DNA of 60,858 bases, filler included, from Basidiobolus meristosporus CBS 931.73 (Eukaryota > Fungi > Basidiobolomycota): the NCBI GenBank assembly GCA_002104905.1. It is 3 parts of 3 records of this genome, joined end to end, with 100 filler letters (N's around TTAATTAATTAA, not from the genome) between each part and the next. Parts side by side here need not be neighbours in the genome. Positions count along the whole stretch, not along the records: positions 30,909 to 60,858 come from MCFE01000858.1; 2 more parts are not named here. One strand, given 5' to 3'. This document shows positions 46,760 to 59,100 of this stretch, one piece after another (the first letter of the stretch is position 1; each line of letters starts with the position of its first letter). The position numbers and the translations under genes are program-made. The notes under the pieces were generated by a model that searched no databases, was not told the DNA's origin, and saw nothing but the letters and a program-made list of their open reading frames with translations.

Positions 46760-48243
46760 ATCTGATAGACGCTTATATCCAGTCACTACGTAGATTTAAT
46801 TGCACATAAGTTATTCGATTGTGGTCCCGAAACATCGCACTAATAAAACCGCAAAGCTGGGCTCATTGAATCCAAGTCCTAGAAACCCCAGGGATTACTT
46901 TGAACTGAGCTGGAGCATTGGACACGTGCCGGTTTACGTGGGCAAGCGAAGAGTGCACCTTCATCCGCCTGTACACTGCTTGTCATTCTAATAAATGCAT
47001 GCCCATGTTCAAGAGTAGGAGAAAGATTACGGACACATTGGCGCTCCTCAAGCACCGTAACAGGGCGGCGGGTGCTGGTGCGGGGGGCTAGGGGCGTAGG
47101 TATTGTGCAAGAGCCAACACCAGAAACAGGTCGAGGCTGCATAAGGTTAGCAGGATTAGGTCAGAAGTGGCCGTGGACTGGGCAGTGCCAAGTAAGTAGA
47201 TATGGCGGGAATATTTGTTTCCATCAAGAGGAGTGTACACTTGGTGCCAACCGGATGCATATGGCATAGATATTCCAAGGAATAGCAGCAGCTTCATGAA
47301 GATGCAGCGAGATTCTTCCGGTATATATTCACTACGCAATATCCCGGCCATGGGACAATACATGCCGCTACAAGCTCGATGAGGTCGAAGCAAAAGAAGT
47401 TCCAGTTCGGCGTCTAAAGCGCGAAGTGGCGTTCAGCTGGAGTCCGGTAAACACCAGCCAAGCAACGCAATAGCAAGATCGTTTTGGTGCTTAGCGGCGT
47501 GGAGCCGGAGATGAAAAACGTGATTTTCCCGACAGGTTTGGGATCATCATCGATGCATGGAGAAAAGTATTCCGTAGGATAGCTCACTACTTTGCGGGGG
47601 ATTCAGTTGAATACGTTCTCTAGCAACATTGAAGTCTTCGTCAGGCTTACCGTCTGCTGACTGCAGGACGGGCCCCCCACAGGAGTTACGCTGAACATAG
47701 CACCTTCCAATCACGAGGGAAATCTTTCGACCGGCAATTGAGGTCGGTATGTCTTTACAATGTTCACTGAACCCACGAACAGTGCGACGAAGTTCAGAAA
47801 GGTAGTCATACCCGCTTTCTTCACCGCAAGTATAAGTGCCCAGTCAGCAGCTACGAACTATTGCTTACTAATTGTCTGCCAACGAACCCAGCAACGGGCC
47901 AACTAAAGCACTTGCGAAGTATCCCGCAGGATAGAGATGCTAAACATACCGAGGCAAAGGCTCTCTTGCAAGACGAGCAGAGCCGCCGGCACCGTAGGCC
48001 GGGTTGAAGTTTTCCTAAATACCATCGAATGCAAGCAAGGAGTCTCGCATGGAAACAACAAAAACCCAAACCCACACACTTGGCATCGCCACTTGGTAGC
48101 GAAATTCTCAGGTCCGAATTCGATGGCCCCCTCAAACAGCAATCGCCTTCCAAATGACAAAATAAATAGAGTTTATTGATCATTAGACTGGGTGGCCGGG
48201 TGAAACCCCGATCGAGATGGCAGGTGGGTTGTTGATGGATGAT

Positions 48244-50351
48244 TTACAAGAAAGGCTCCACGGAGAACTCGAGAGCAGAGCAAGGGAAGGGAATCTCGAA
48301 GTTACCCAGGACCTCAGGATGCAAAACACCGAACGCGCCAATGACTGAGGCCTCCCCACCAGCAGGGCGATAGAAGATGTCGGCGCTACGGCCTGGGAAG
48401 AAGGTGGGATTCTCAGATTCGGCGATGTAGTAGCCGGTCGACTTGGATGAGGCGGAAACCAGGTTGACGTTGAGCATTTGCATGATGCGGTTAAGAAGAC
48501 CGTGAATCACCTCGAAGTTGTCGGTCTTGTTGCAGTAGAGAGCACACGCGTGACGCTCGTTGCGAGCACGACGTTCCTGGGTCTCGTCCTTGAAAACGAC
48601 ATCGGAGACCTCGAAGATCTTGATGGGAAGGGGCTGCTTCTTGTTAGAGCAGACGGTCTTCAAAATGCCGGTAAGAAGGGCGTTGCGGACGACTTGGTAC
48701 TCGACGGTCTTGGGGTTGGCGAGTTTGACCGCGGTATTGCCATCGTCCTTCTTGTTGAGGTAGGCAAAGTTCTCGTCGTGGGAGCACAGGATCAAGGGGA
48801 GAACCTCGGAGAACCCGGCCAGAGCAAACTCCCTTCTAATCAGGTCGCTCAGCTTGTTGACTGGCAAGGCACTGCCGATGGTGGTGGTCTTGGGGAAAGT
48901 CTTGGGGATGTTGTTGAATCCGTACGCGATGGCGACGTCCTCCATAATATCGCAAGGATGGAGAATATCACTTCTGGTGGGTGGGATCTCCACACTGATT
49001 TCCTTGGTTTCCTTGTCGGTGACACTGGCATTGAGGGACATTCTGTTCAAGTGCTCGGCGACCTCCTCGGGCGAGAGGTTGATGCCAACCATGCTGTTGA
49101 TGTAGTCGGCGTCGGTCTTGACCGTGCGGGAGCTAAGGTCTGGGTAGGTGTAGGTCTTGCCATCAGGATACACCACCTCGACAGGCTCGATGCTCCACTT
49201 GTCGCCGCAGTACTGAGAGAACATGGTCACCATGGTGTTCAAGACGATCTTGGCCTTGGTCAAATCGGTAGCAGTGCACTCAATGAAGACATTCTTGGTG
49301 GTAAGCTTGATCTTGGAATGATCGCCGTTGATGATGGGTGGAAGGGAGAGGACAGTGCGCTTGGAGTCGTAGATGACGGGGTAGACTGGCGAGTCCTTGA
49401 TGATAGGCACAAACTTGGAGAGATGCTTGTCCTTCTCGTAGAAAGCCATAAGCTGCTCCCCATCCATGCTCTGGGTCTGATTCAAGGGGGTGAATTGGAT
49501 TTCCTTGGGTTGCAAGGCTTCATAGGTGAATGGCCCTTCAACGGTATCCAAATCGTGAGTACCAATGGCAACCAAGGTACGCTTTCTAAAGGTTTGGGTG
49601 AGCGAGCAAATGTGAGGTTAAGCCAAGGATTGGGCACGTGATGGACTCGACGGGACTGACCTGCAGATGTTGTTGTGAAGCTTATCTTGCAAGTCAATGA
49701 AGTTGTTGTAGTTCTCTTGGGTGAAGGTCATGTTACGCAAGATGGCACCGACAACGTAGGGTCTGATTTGAGCGGTCTAAAGAAATCCGAAGGTCACCAC
49801 CACTATCAACACACAGAAGCAAGGAGAAATCTAAGAACCTCGGGGCGAACAAGCAACTGTTGGAGTTTGCCATCCTTTGGAGGGACAACCTTGTAGGTAG
49901 GAGGCTTGATTTTGTTCTGGAAGATCAACAAGGCGCGAGAGAGACCCTCAGTGCACAGTAAATCATATCTATGAGATGGTTAGTGCTTCCATCGAAGAAA
50001 GGATCCACTCTGAATAACCACCTGTTGGCTGGGATATCGATCTTCAACAAAGGACGCTCGGAAAGCTCACCAGTCTCCTTGCTGTTCCCCATTTTAGCGG
50101 CGATTTCCGCCTCCGAAGTCTGTGATTGACGCTGTAAGAGAGTGAACCGTGCAAAGAAGTAAATAAGCCCGACGTACATCTTCTTCAAGCTCGATACCGA
50201 AGTCGAAGCATAACTCACGGAACTCGTCGGTGGCTTTAAAGGAACTTTGGTCAGCGACACACACCCTGACTCAACAAAGTCCGGAATACTCACAGTATTT
50301 CGTTCCGAGGATCTCGTAGAAGATTTCTTTGTCGACGTTGACAGTAGGCAT
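48244..50351 (-). CDS. FRS1: Phenylalanyl-tRNA synthetase beta subunit (cytosolic); multi-exon
   Basis: Motifs [67 protein letters not shown]. Confidence 0.95.
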
Positions 50352-50659
50352 GGTTTAAGTCCTGAGGAGTTGCAGAAGTCCTTGGGTTCTCTACGTGGCT
50401 AAATACCAACAAGTGCTGCAAAATTAGCGCGAGAAAATCCCCTTCCCGGGCGAGATGTGATAATATTGAAAAAAAATCAAAAAAACGAGCCTTGCCCTGA
50501 TTCCTACTCGCTGATTGGTCGATGGGCGTCGGATCCATCGAGCACTGCTGCCGGCCCTGGCACTCAAGTTGTTTGACTGATGTTAGACTGATGGTGTGGA
50601 GGCACTTCATTCTGTATCCAATCTCTCTGCTGGGCATGTTCTACAGGACAGCTTAGCTT

Positions 50660-52276
50660 AATTGGCTACTATTTTGGCACAGTTGACGATCCTATTTCAT
50701 CAAATATCCAAACCAATGCTATGCAGTAGCTAGCCTTCATGGTAGCTATACTATCTCCTTCCTTCAGATCATCATCATTATAATTCACTACCATCATGGC
50801 ATTTCCCCCAAAAGGCCCAAGAGGAGAGACACTCAGTTGGCCACTCCCCAGTATGTCTTGGATTATGGGACTCCTAAGTATCAATTCTATGATACTGTTT
50901 ATACCTCAGTCACATTGTTGATGCTTTCTGGAACCATTACCAGCCCTGTTACCTCCATTTCTGCAAGGTTACTGCAAACTCCTGCTGGGAATACTTATGC
51001 TGTTGCCAACCCCCAGTATGTCCAGATCAATTGGTTGTGGCAGCTGAAGTTGGTGTTAGTCAAAACAATAATGAGTTTGCTTGTTACAAAAATTCTCTTT
51101 GCCTAGACATATGTATTGGTGTTGTACACTACTTCCAGCTGTTGTAAAAATTTGTAATTCCACCTAAATATTCACCTAACTTAGTCACTTAGATCATTAC
51201 CCTCAAATCCTAGAGAATACTGACCAAATTCCTTGTTGGGATTTACTTAGAATATTTACCCAGAACATGAAAATTCTCAAAGTTGTCCAAACAGCCCCAA
51301 ACTTGCACACATGTTCCTGGGACCTTCCTTAACCTATTATACGTGTCTGTTATGCCAAGACCATGTAAAAGTATAAGTACTACTTTTACATTCAATAAAT
51401 CATTAAGTGTAAACCACATAATCTACTTGTTCTCCAAATCACTTCCAATATCTCCAAGACTCTTACAACACCAGCAGCATTGCTTACTATGCAATGGAGG
51501 CTTGGAAACTTGGGTGGTGAACTAGTGGAAGACCTTAGAAGCCTCTTGATAATTGAGGCTGTGAAATTGGTGGCATGGTGGGTCTGGACTTTCTGATGGA
51601 GTAAGGGTGTGATAATACTGGAGGACTGGGTAGCAAGGAGTTTTAAGTGCTTTTTGCTGAGTACAGGGTTTTTCATTTGCCAACTGGTATCATCCCCTTC
51701 TTCAATGGAATAATCCATTTTTCTGGATAGGGCATCAGGCCTTCCTTGTTTTACACCAGATCTGTAAGTAACCACAAAGTCAAAGCTTGATAGGAAGAGG
51801 TATCATCCAGCTTGTCTGTGGTTAAGTACTTTTGAGGTAATAAAGTACTTTAGGTTCTTATGGTTTCAGTAAATCTTAGTCTTTTCAACTGCACCATCCA
51901 GGTTGCATCTCTACTGTTCAAAGGCAAAAATGATTGCCAGTAGCTCCTTGTCACACCTTGCATAGTTTACTTCAGCTGAAGTAAATTTCTAAGAGTAGCA
52001 CATAATAGAGTGTAATACATTCTTGTCATCAGACTGTGAAAGGATAGCACCAAGGGCAAAGTTAGAAGCATCTGCTTGAATGATGAAGGGTTTCTCAAGG
52101 TCAGGGCAGGCAAGCAAAGGGGCACTCAAGAGGGATTTCTTGAGGGAATCAAATAACCCAAGCTGCTCTATTTTGCAGGAAAAAGGCAGGTGCTTCTGTG
52201 CAAGCATTGTCAAGGGAATGACTAACTTGAGATAGCTTGCAGCAAATCTACAGTAGAAGTCATTGAACCTAGGAAG
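50660..52276 (-). mobile_element. Decayed Ty3/Gypsy pol remnant (RT end, RNase H, integrase remnant), interrupted by a Copia solo LTR
   Basis: Motifs SAPLLACPDLEKPFIIQADASNFALGAILSQ, DKELLAII and VTYRSGVKQGRPDALSR. Many stops. Confidence 0.8.
51140..51470 (+). repeat. Copia family 2 solo LTR with 5-bp TSD CCAGC
   Basis: Reverse complement of the 54083 LTR. CCAGC lies at both 51135-51139 and 51471-51475. Confidence 0.9.
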
Positions 52277-52620
52277 TGTTGTAAGAGTATTGGAGATATT
52301 GGAAGTGATCTGGGAGGACATGTAGATTACTTGGTTATCACTGAATGATTTATTGAATGCAAAAGTAGTATTTATACTTTTACATGGTCTTGGCATAGCA
52401 AACATGTAGAATAAACTTTGGATGGTCCCAAGAGCATGTGTGCAAAGCTTAGCACTGTTTGAACAACTTATCTAATTTCAAGTTCTGGGTACCTGATATT
52501 TTGGTGAAAATATTCCAAGTAAATCTCAACAAGGATTTTGGTCAGTATTCTCTGAGATTTGAAGGCAATGATCTAAGTGACTAAGTTGGGTGAATATTTA
52601 GGTGGAATTACAAATTTTTA
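52277..52620 (-). repeat. Diverged Copia family 2 LTR missing its last bases
   Basis: Starts TGTTGTAAGAG, is collinear with 54083-54431, and is fused to a Gypsy LTR fragment. Confidence 0.8.
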
Positions 52621-53010
52621 GGTTCAGTAATCTTTATTTATATTTTTCTGATCAAGTTGAAATAGTAAGCACCAAGAGACTGGACTAATTGAAATCTGTT
52701 TCTGTTTGGGTGTTGATAGGTGCATAAGCTAAATAAAAATTTGCATCATTAATCAGCTGATGTCTTGGCAACTACTAAGTGGTTGGATGGATCTCAGATG
52801 ACTAATTCTTTGTAAACACTTAGCAGATCAGTTGAGGATATAATGACCACTTGAAAATTGATCAGGTGTGATAGCTAAAGATAGATTCTGAGAAGTGATA
52901 AAATAAACCATAACAGGGATTAGTTATGTTTGGATTAGGGAAAATCAGTTAGCGTACTAGATTTTCTACTGGAGTGAAATTGGCTAAGTTTCAAATGTTG
53001 ATGCACAACA
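52621..53010 (-). repeat. Partial chromovirus LTR homologous to 10739-11121
   Basis: Collinear match by eye, ending in the same ATGTTGATGCACAACA terminus. Confidence 0.85.
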
Positions 53011-53138
53011 GACACTCCATCAGCTCTCATGATTGTGTGCATTGATTGGCTATTGCCTTGCTTTCACACTCCTTACTACCTGACTTGACTATTTCTCTTA
53101 CTTATCAAGTATATAAATTGATTTATTTCTGTTGAAAC

Positions 53139-56100
53139 TGTTGTAAGAGTCTTGGAGATATTGAAAGTGATTGGGAGAACAAGTAGATTATGTGGTTTTC
53201 ACTTAATGATTTATTGAATGTAAAAGTAGTATTTATACTTTTACCTGGTCTTGGCATTACAAACACGTAGAATAGGTTAAGGGAGGTCTCAAGAACATGT
53301 GTGCAAAGTTTGGGGCTGTTTGGACAACTTTGAGAATTTTCATGTTCTGAGTACCTGGTATTTTGATGAAAATATTCTAAGTGAATCCCAACAAGGAATT
53401 TGGTCAGTATTCTCTAGGATTTGAAGGTAATGGTCTAAGTGACTAAGTTAGGTGAATATTTAGGTGGAAATACAAATTCTTACAACACTCTCACTCAGCT
53501 AAATGTTCATACTGACCAGTCCTAATTTTGACCTAAGATATTCAAACTTGTCTCTAGCTAATGGTTTGGTATATTTGTCTGCAATCATTTCATCTGTAGG
53601 ACAGTAGACTAAGCTAACTAAGTTATTCTCTATAGCTTCACGCATGCAATGATGTCTAATATCTATGTGCTTGGTTCTAGCATGAAAAGTTGGATTTCTA
53701 CCTAATTGTATACATCCTTGATTATCTTGAAATAAAATAACAGGTGTTTTTTGACATAGGCCTAAGTCTGTAAACAGCTTTCTTAACCACATTGCTTCTT
53801 TTGTAGCTTCACAGGCTGCCATATACTCTGCCTCTGTGGTGGAAAGTGCTACGGTTGGTTGCTTTCTTGAATTCCATGATATTGCTCCTTTACAGTAAAG
53901 AAAGGTGTATCCTGTGGTGGATCTTCTGTCTTCTAAATTTTGTCCCCAATCAGCATCAGAGTATCCCACAAGATCCTGTTCTGAATCCTTATAAGTATAT
54001 CTTAAGCAGATATCAGCAGTTCCTTTCAGGTATCTAAAAATCCGCTTAACTGCTGCAATATGATCAGATCCATAGTTCTGATTGTTGTAAGAGTCTTGGA
54101 GATATTGGAAGTGATTGGGAGAACAAGTAGATTATGTGGTTTTCACTTAATGATTTATTAAATGTAAAAGTAGTATTTATACTTTTACATGGTCTTGGCA
54201 TTACAAACACGTAAAATAGGTTAAGGAAGGTCCCAAGAACATGTGTGCAAAGTTTGGGGCTGTTTGGACAACTTTGAGAATTTTCATGTTCTGGGTACCT
54301 GGTATTTTGGTGAAAATATTCTAAGTATATCCCGACAAGGAATTTGGTCAGTATTCTCTAGGATTTAAAGGTGATGATCTAAGTGACTAAGTTAGGTGAA
54401 TATTTAGGTGAAAATACGAATTTTTACAACACTCCCACTCAGCTAAATGTTCATACTGACTAGTCCTAATTTTGACCTAAGATATTCAAACTTGTCTCTT
54501 GCTAAAGGTTTGGTAAATATGTCTGCAATCATTTCATCTGTAGAACAGTAAACTAAGCTTACTAAGTTATTCTCTATAGCTTCACGTATGAAATGATGTC
54601 TAATATCTATGTGCTTGGTTCTAGCATGAAAAGTTGGATTTCTACCTAATTGTATACATCCTTGATTATCTTGAAATAAAGTAATAGGCGTTTTTTGACA
54701 TAGGCCTAAATCTGCAAAGAGCTTTCTTAACCACATTGCTTCTTTTGTAGCTTCACAGGCTGCCATATACTCTGCCTCTGTGGTGGAAAGTGCTACGGTT
54801 GGTTGCTTTCTTGAATTCCATGATATTGCTCCTTTACAGTAAAGAAAGGTGTATCCTGTGGTGGATCTTCTGTCTTCCAAATTTTGTCCCCAATCAGCAT
54901 CAGAGTATCCCACAAGATCCTGTTCTGAATCCTTATAAGTGTATCTTAAGCAGTTATCAGCAGTTCCTTTTAGGTATCTAAAAATCCGCTTAACTGCTGC
55001 AATATGATCAGCTCCATAATTCTGATTATGTTGGCTGACAACTCCCACTGAATATGAGATATCTGGACGTGTTCCAAGCATGATATACATCAGACTGTCG
55101 ACCATAGATTGATAAGGAAAGTCAGGGCTTTCAGATGGCACCAAGTTCTCTTGATTTGGTTGAGTTTTAACCAAGTTAAGGTTTGTCTCCATTGGGGTAG
55201 CTGCCGGTTTACAGTCTTCCATTTTGTACTTCTTTAGTATATCTTGAATATACTTGGATTGGCTTAGGGTAATAGTCTGGGTACTTCTGTCTATGGAGAA
55301 CTTAATCCCTAAGTAGTAACTAAGTTCTCCTAGATCGGACATCTTGAACTCCTTAGATAGGCTGGATTTAGTCTCTTCCAATGTTTCTAGGTTATTGGCG
55401 GCTATAATAAGATCATCCACATATAGAGCTAATAGAGCTGGATTTGCTCTATCTGGCTTATAGTATATACTATAGTCAGCATTACTCCTTTTGAAACTCA
55501 AAGATTCCAAATAAGAATCTATCTTGCAATTCCAGGCTCTTGGTGATTGTTTGAGACCATATAGTGACTTTTTAAGCTTGCAGACCAAATGGGGGTTATC
55601 TTGGTCAACAAACCCATCAGGCTGGTCCATATACATGTCCTCATCAAGTTCTCCATTCAAAAATGCAGTTTTTACATCCATTTGATGAATAAAAAACTTA
55701 TATTTGGCTGCAATAGCCAATATTAATCTGATGGAATTAAACTTGGCTACCGGTGCAAAGGTCTCAGTATAGTTAAGTCCTTTTGTTTGAGAGTATCCTT
55801 TGGCTACAAGTCTTGCTTTGTATCTTTCAATTGTACCATCAGCCTTGTACTTTGTCTTGAAGACCCATCTGCATCCAATTGATTTTTGGTTGATTGGTAA
55901 TTTGACTAAGTCCCAAGTTTGATTTTCCATCAGTGCCTGATATTCCTCAGTCATTGCAGATCTCCAAAACTTTGTCTGAGGGCTATTTAGGGCCTCTTTT
56001 ACAGTCTGGGGCTCATCAATATGGACTGAATAGGCATAGGCTAAGTTTGTACCCTCATTAATATAGTAATTTGGGCTATTTCTTGTCCGATTTGATCTCT

Positions 56101-59100
56101 GGGCATTTGATACTGGAATGATCACTTCTGGGATATTCCTGGGCACTGATTCTGGCTGAACCACGGTTGTAGAGTCCTCTGGAGTGAAAAAATTTTCATT
56201 GTTTTGCTCTGATTCAATCCTGACAATTGGTGGACTTGAGATCACATTTTTGTCATCATCTGATGTCATTTTTTGTGAAAATTTTGAATTTTCATCAAAC
56301 AACACATCCCTGGACTTGATAGGCTTCTTTGCTTTGGTATTGTAGAGTCTGTATGCCTTGCTCTCATTGCAGTAGCCCAAAAATATGCATTTTACACTTT
56401 TTGGCTCAAATTTTGACTGATTTCCGGCCAGTTTTTTGGCATATGCTGTGCACCCAAATATTCTTAGATGTCCTGCACTTGGTCTGTATCCATACCATGC
56501 TTCAAATGGAGTAGAATCACGAAGTATTCTGTTATAACTCCTATTTTTAAGATATACAGCAGTGGCAACTGAATCCACCCAAAAATCATAGGATAATTTT
56601 TGATCATGGATCATTGATCTTGCCATATCAATTATTGATCTGTTAGCTTGTTCTGCTACTCCATTTTGCTGTGGGGAGTATGGAACAGTAGTCTCTTGCT
56701 TTATCCCATAAATTTTGCAGAAGTGGATGAAGAGTTTTGAGGTATATTCTCCACCATTGTCAGAGCGTATTTTCTTGATTTTTTCACCAGTTTCTCTCTC
56801 CACCATGGCTTTAAACTCCCTGAGCTTAGACAGAGCTTCTTCCTTTCTCTCCATGAAGTAGACCCATGTGTATCTTGTATAATCATCAATAAAAGTGATT
56901 AAATACTTCATCCCACCTAAGGATAAATTTTGCATAGGTCCACATGGATCTGAGTGAATTAGATCTCAATTTTTCTTAGTTTTGATTAACCCAGAGCTCT
57001 TGAATGGTTGTCTGGCTTGTTTCCCATATATGCAGGCTTCACAGTGCTCCAAAATAGCTGGGGGATCAATTTTCACTCCAGAAATTAGCTGATCTTTGAT
57101 CATTTTACGCAAATAATCAAAATTGATGTGTCCAAATCTCCTGTGCCAAAGCATTGGTGTTTCTTCATTTAAGTTACTTATATTGGCTTCCAGATATGAT
57201 GGAATATAGGTCAACTTGTATAGATTCTGATCTCTGATGCCCAAAGCAATATGAGCACCATTTTGATCAGTGATCCTGCATCCAGAATTGTCAAAACTGA
57301 AACTGAGTCCTTCTGCTGTGGCCTTGCTTACAGAGAGTAGGTTCTTGGCTATTTCTGGTACATAGAGTACTTCTTTAAAGGTCAGTGTATGGCTTCCTTC
57401 ACTGCTTCTAAGGTTTACTTGGATAGTTCCTTCTCCCACTGCATCAAGTGTTCTATTGTCACCCATGAAAACCTTCTTAATTGGAATTTCTTGATATTGG
57501 GTAAAAAGTTCTTTTTGGTGTGTAAAGTGTTGAGAAGCTCCAGAGTCAATATACCACGTCTGAGAATCCTTGTTTGTGGTCATATTTAGTGCAGATATGA
57601 ATAGTCTGTCTTCAGTTGTTGCAGCATTTCCATATTCAGGCTTCTTTTGCTGATAATCTCTCTTTTTGAAACACCGGTCTGATGTGTGTCCTTTCCTTTT
57701 GCAGTAGTTGCAAAATAGGTTGCTGTTGCCTTTGTAGGGTCTTGGGTACCTCCTTTGTTGGTTATCATTGCTTATTAAAGCATTTTCTTCTTCCTTCTTA
57801 TAGGCGCTTGATTTTCTTAATTCTTCATCCAGGAGCCTTCCATATATGTAATTTAAGGTCAAATCTTCAGTTCTGGACTCTAGGGCTGATACAAGGCCCT
57901 GAAACCTTGTCTGTCAGGCTATTCAGGATGGTAACTATCACATCCTCATCAGTAGTTGGTATGCCCACAGATTCCATCTCATCTACCAGCAGGGTAATTC
58001 TGTTAATTAGATTTTTCATTTCTTCTCCTGGCAGCATCTTTGTAGTAAAGAATTTTCTTCTCAGATACATTTTCTTGGCAGCTGAACATGACTGGTAGGT
58101 GTCTTCTAATGCCTTCCAGGCATTCTTTGCCGTTTTTGCTCTTGAGCATTGAATTAGCAATTTGTCCTTGATATTAAGGCAAATGCAGTTAAAGGCACTT
58201 TGTTCTTTCTTCTGGTACTTTGAAGGCTTCCTCTCCCACGTTTTTTAGGAGGGCATTCTTCTCCCATGACAATATCCCAAAGGCCTCTTTCTTGCAGCAG
58301 CATCTTCATCTTCACCTTCCACACTTGGTAGTTAGATCCATCCAACTTTTCAGCAGAGGGAAAAATTCCAGTAATAGCAGTAGTAGACATTGCAGAGAGT
58401 GACAGCTTGGGGCTCATAACCTGTTGTAAGAGTCTTGGAGATATTGGAAGTGATTGGGAGAACAAGTAGATTATGTGGTTTTCACTTAATGATTTATTGA
58501 ATGTAAAAGTAGTATTTATACTTTTACATGGTCTTAGCATTACAAACACGTAGAATAGGTTAAGGAAGGTCCCAAGAACATGTGTGCAAAGTTTGGGGCT
58601 GTTTGGACAACTTTGAGAATTTTCATGTTCTGGGTACCTGGTATTTTGGTGAAAATATTCTAAGTATATCCCGACAAGGAATTTGGTCAGTATTCTCTAG
58701 GATTTAAAGGTGATGATCTAAGTGACTAAGTTAGGTGAATATTTGGGTGAAAATATGAATTATCTACAACACTGATTATGTTGGCTGACAACTCCCACTG
58801 AAAATGAGATATCTGGACGTGTTCCAAGCATGATATACATCAGACTGCCGATCATAGATTGATAAGGAAAGTCAGGGCTTTCAGACGGCACCAAGCTCTC
58901 TTGATTTGGCTGAGTTTTGACCAAGTTATGTTTGTCTCCATTGGGGTAGCTGCTGGTTTACAGTCTTCCATTTTGTACTTCTTTAGTATATCTTGGATAT
59001 ACCTGGATTGGCTTAGGGTGATAGTCTGGGTACTTCTGTCTATGGAGAACTTAATCCCTAAGCAGTAACTAAGTTCTCCTAGATTGGACATCTTGAACTC

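Noticed and set aside
46990-48030. Possible multi-exon minus-strand gene between ORT1 and FRS1
   Set aside because: There are some plausible splice sites, but I could not build a stop-free model or recognise a domain.
48478-49641. 387-aa plus-strand ORF
   Set aside because: It is an antisense shadow of the codon-biased FRS1 exon, with no motifs.
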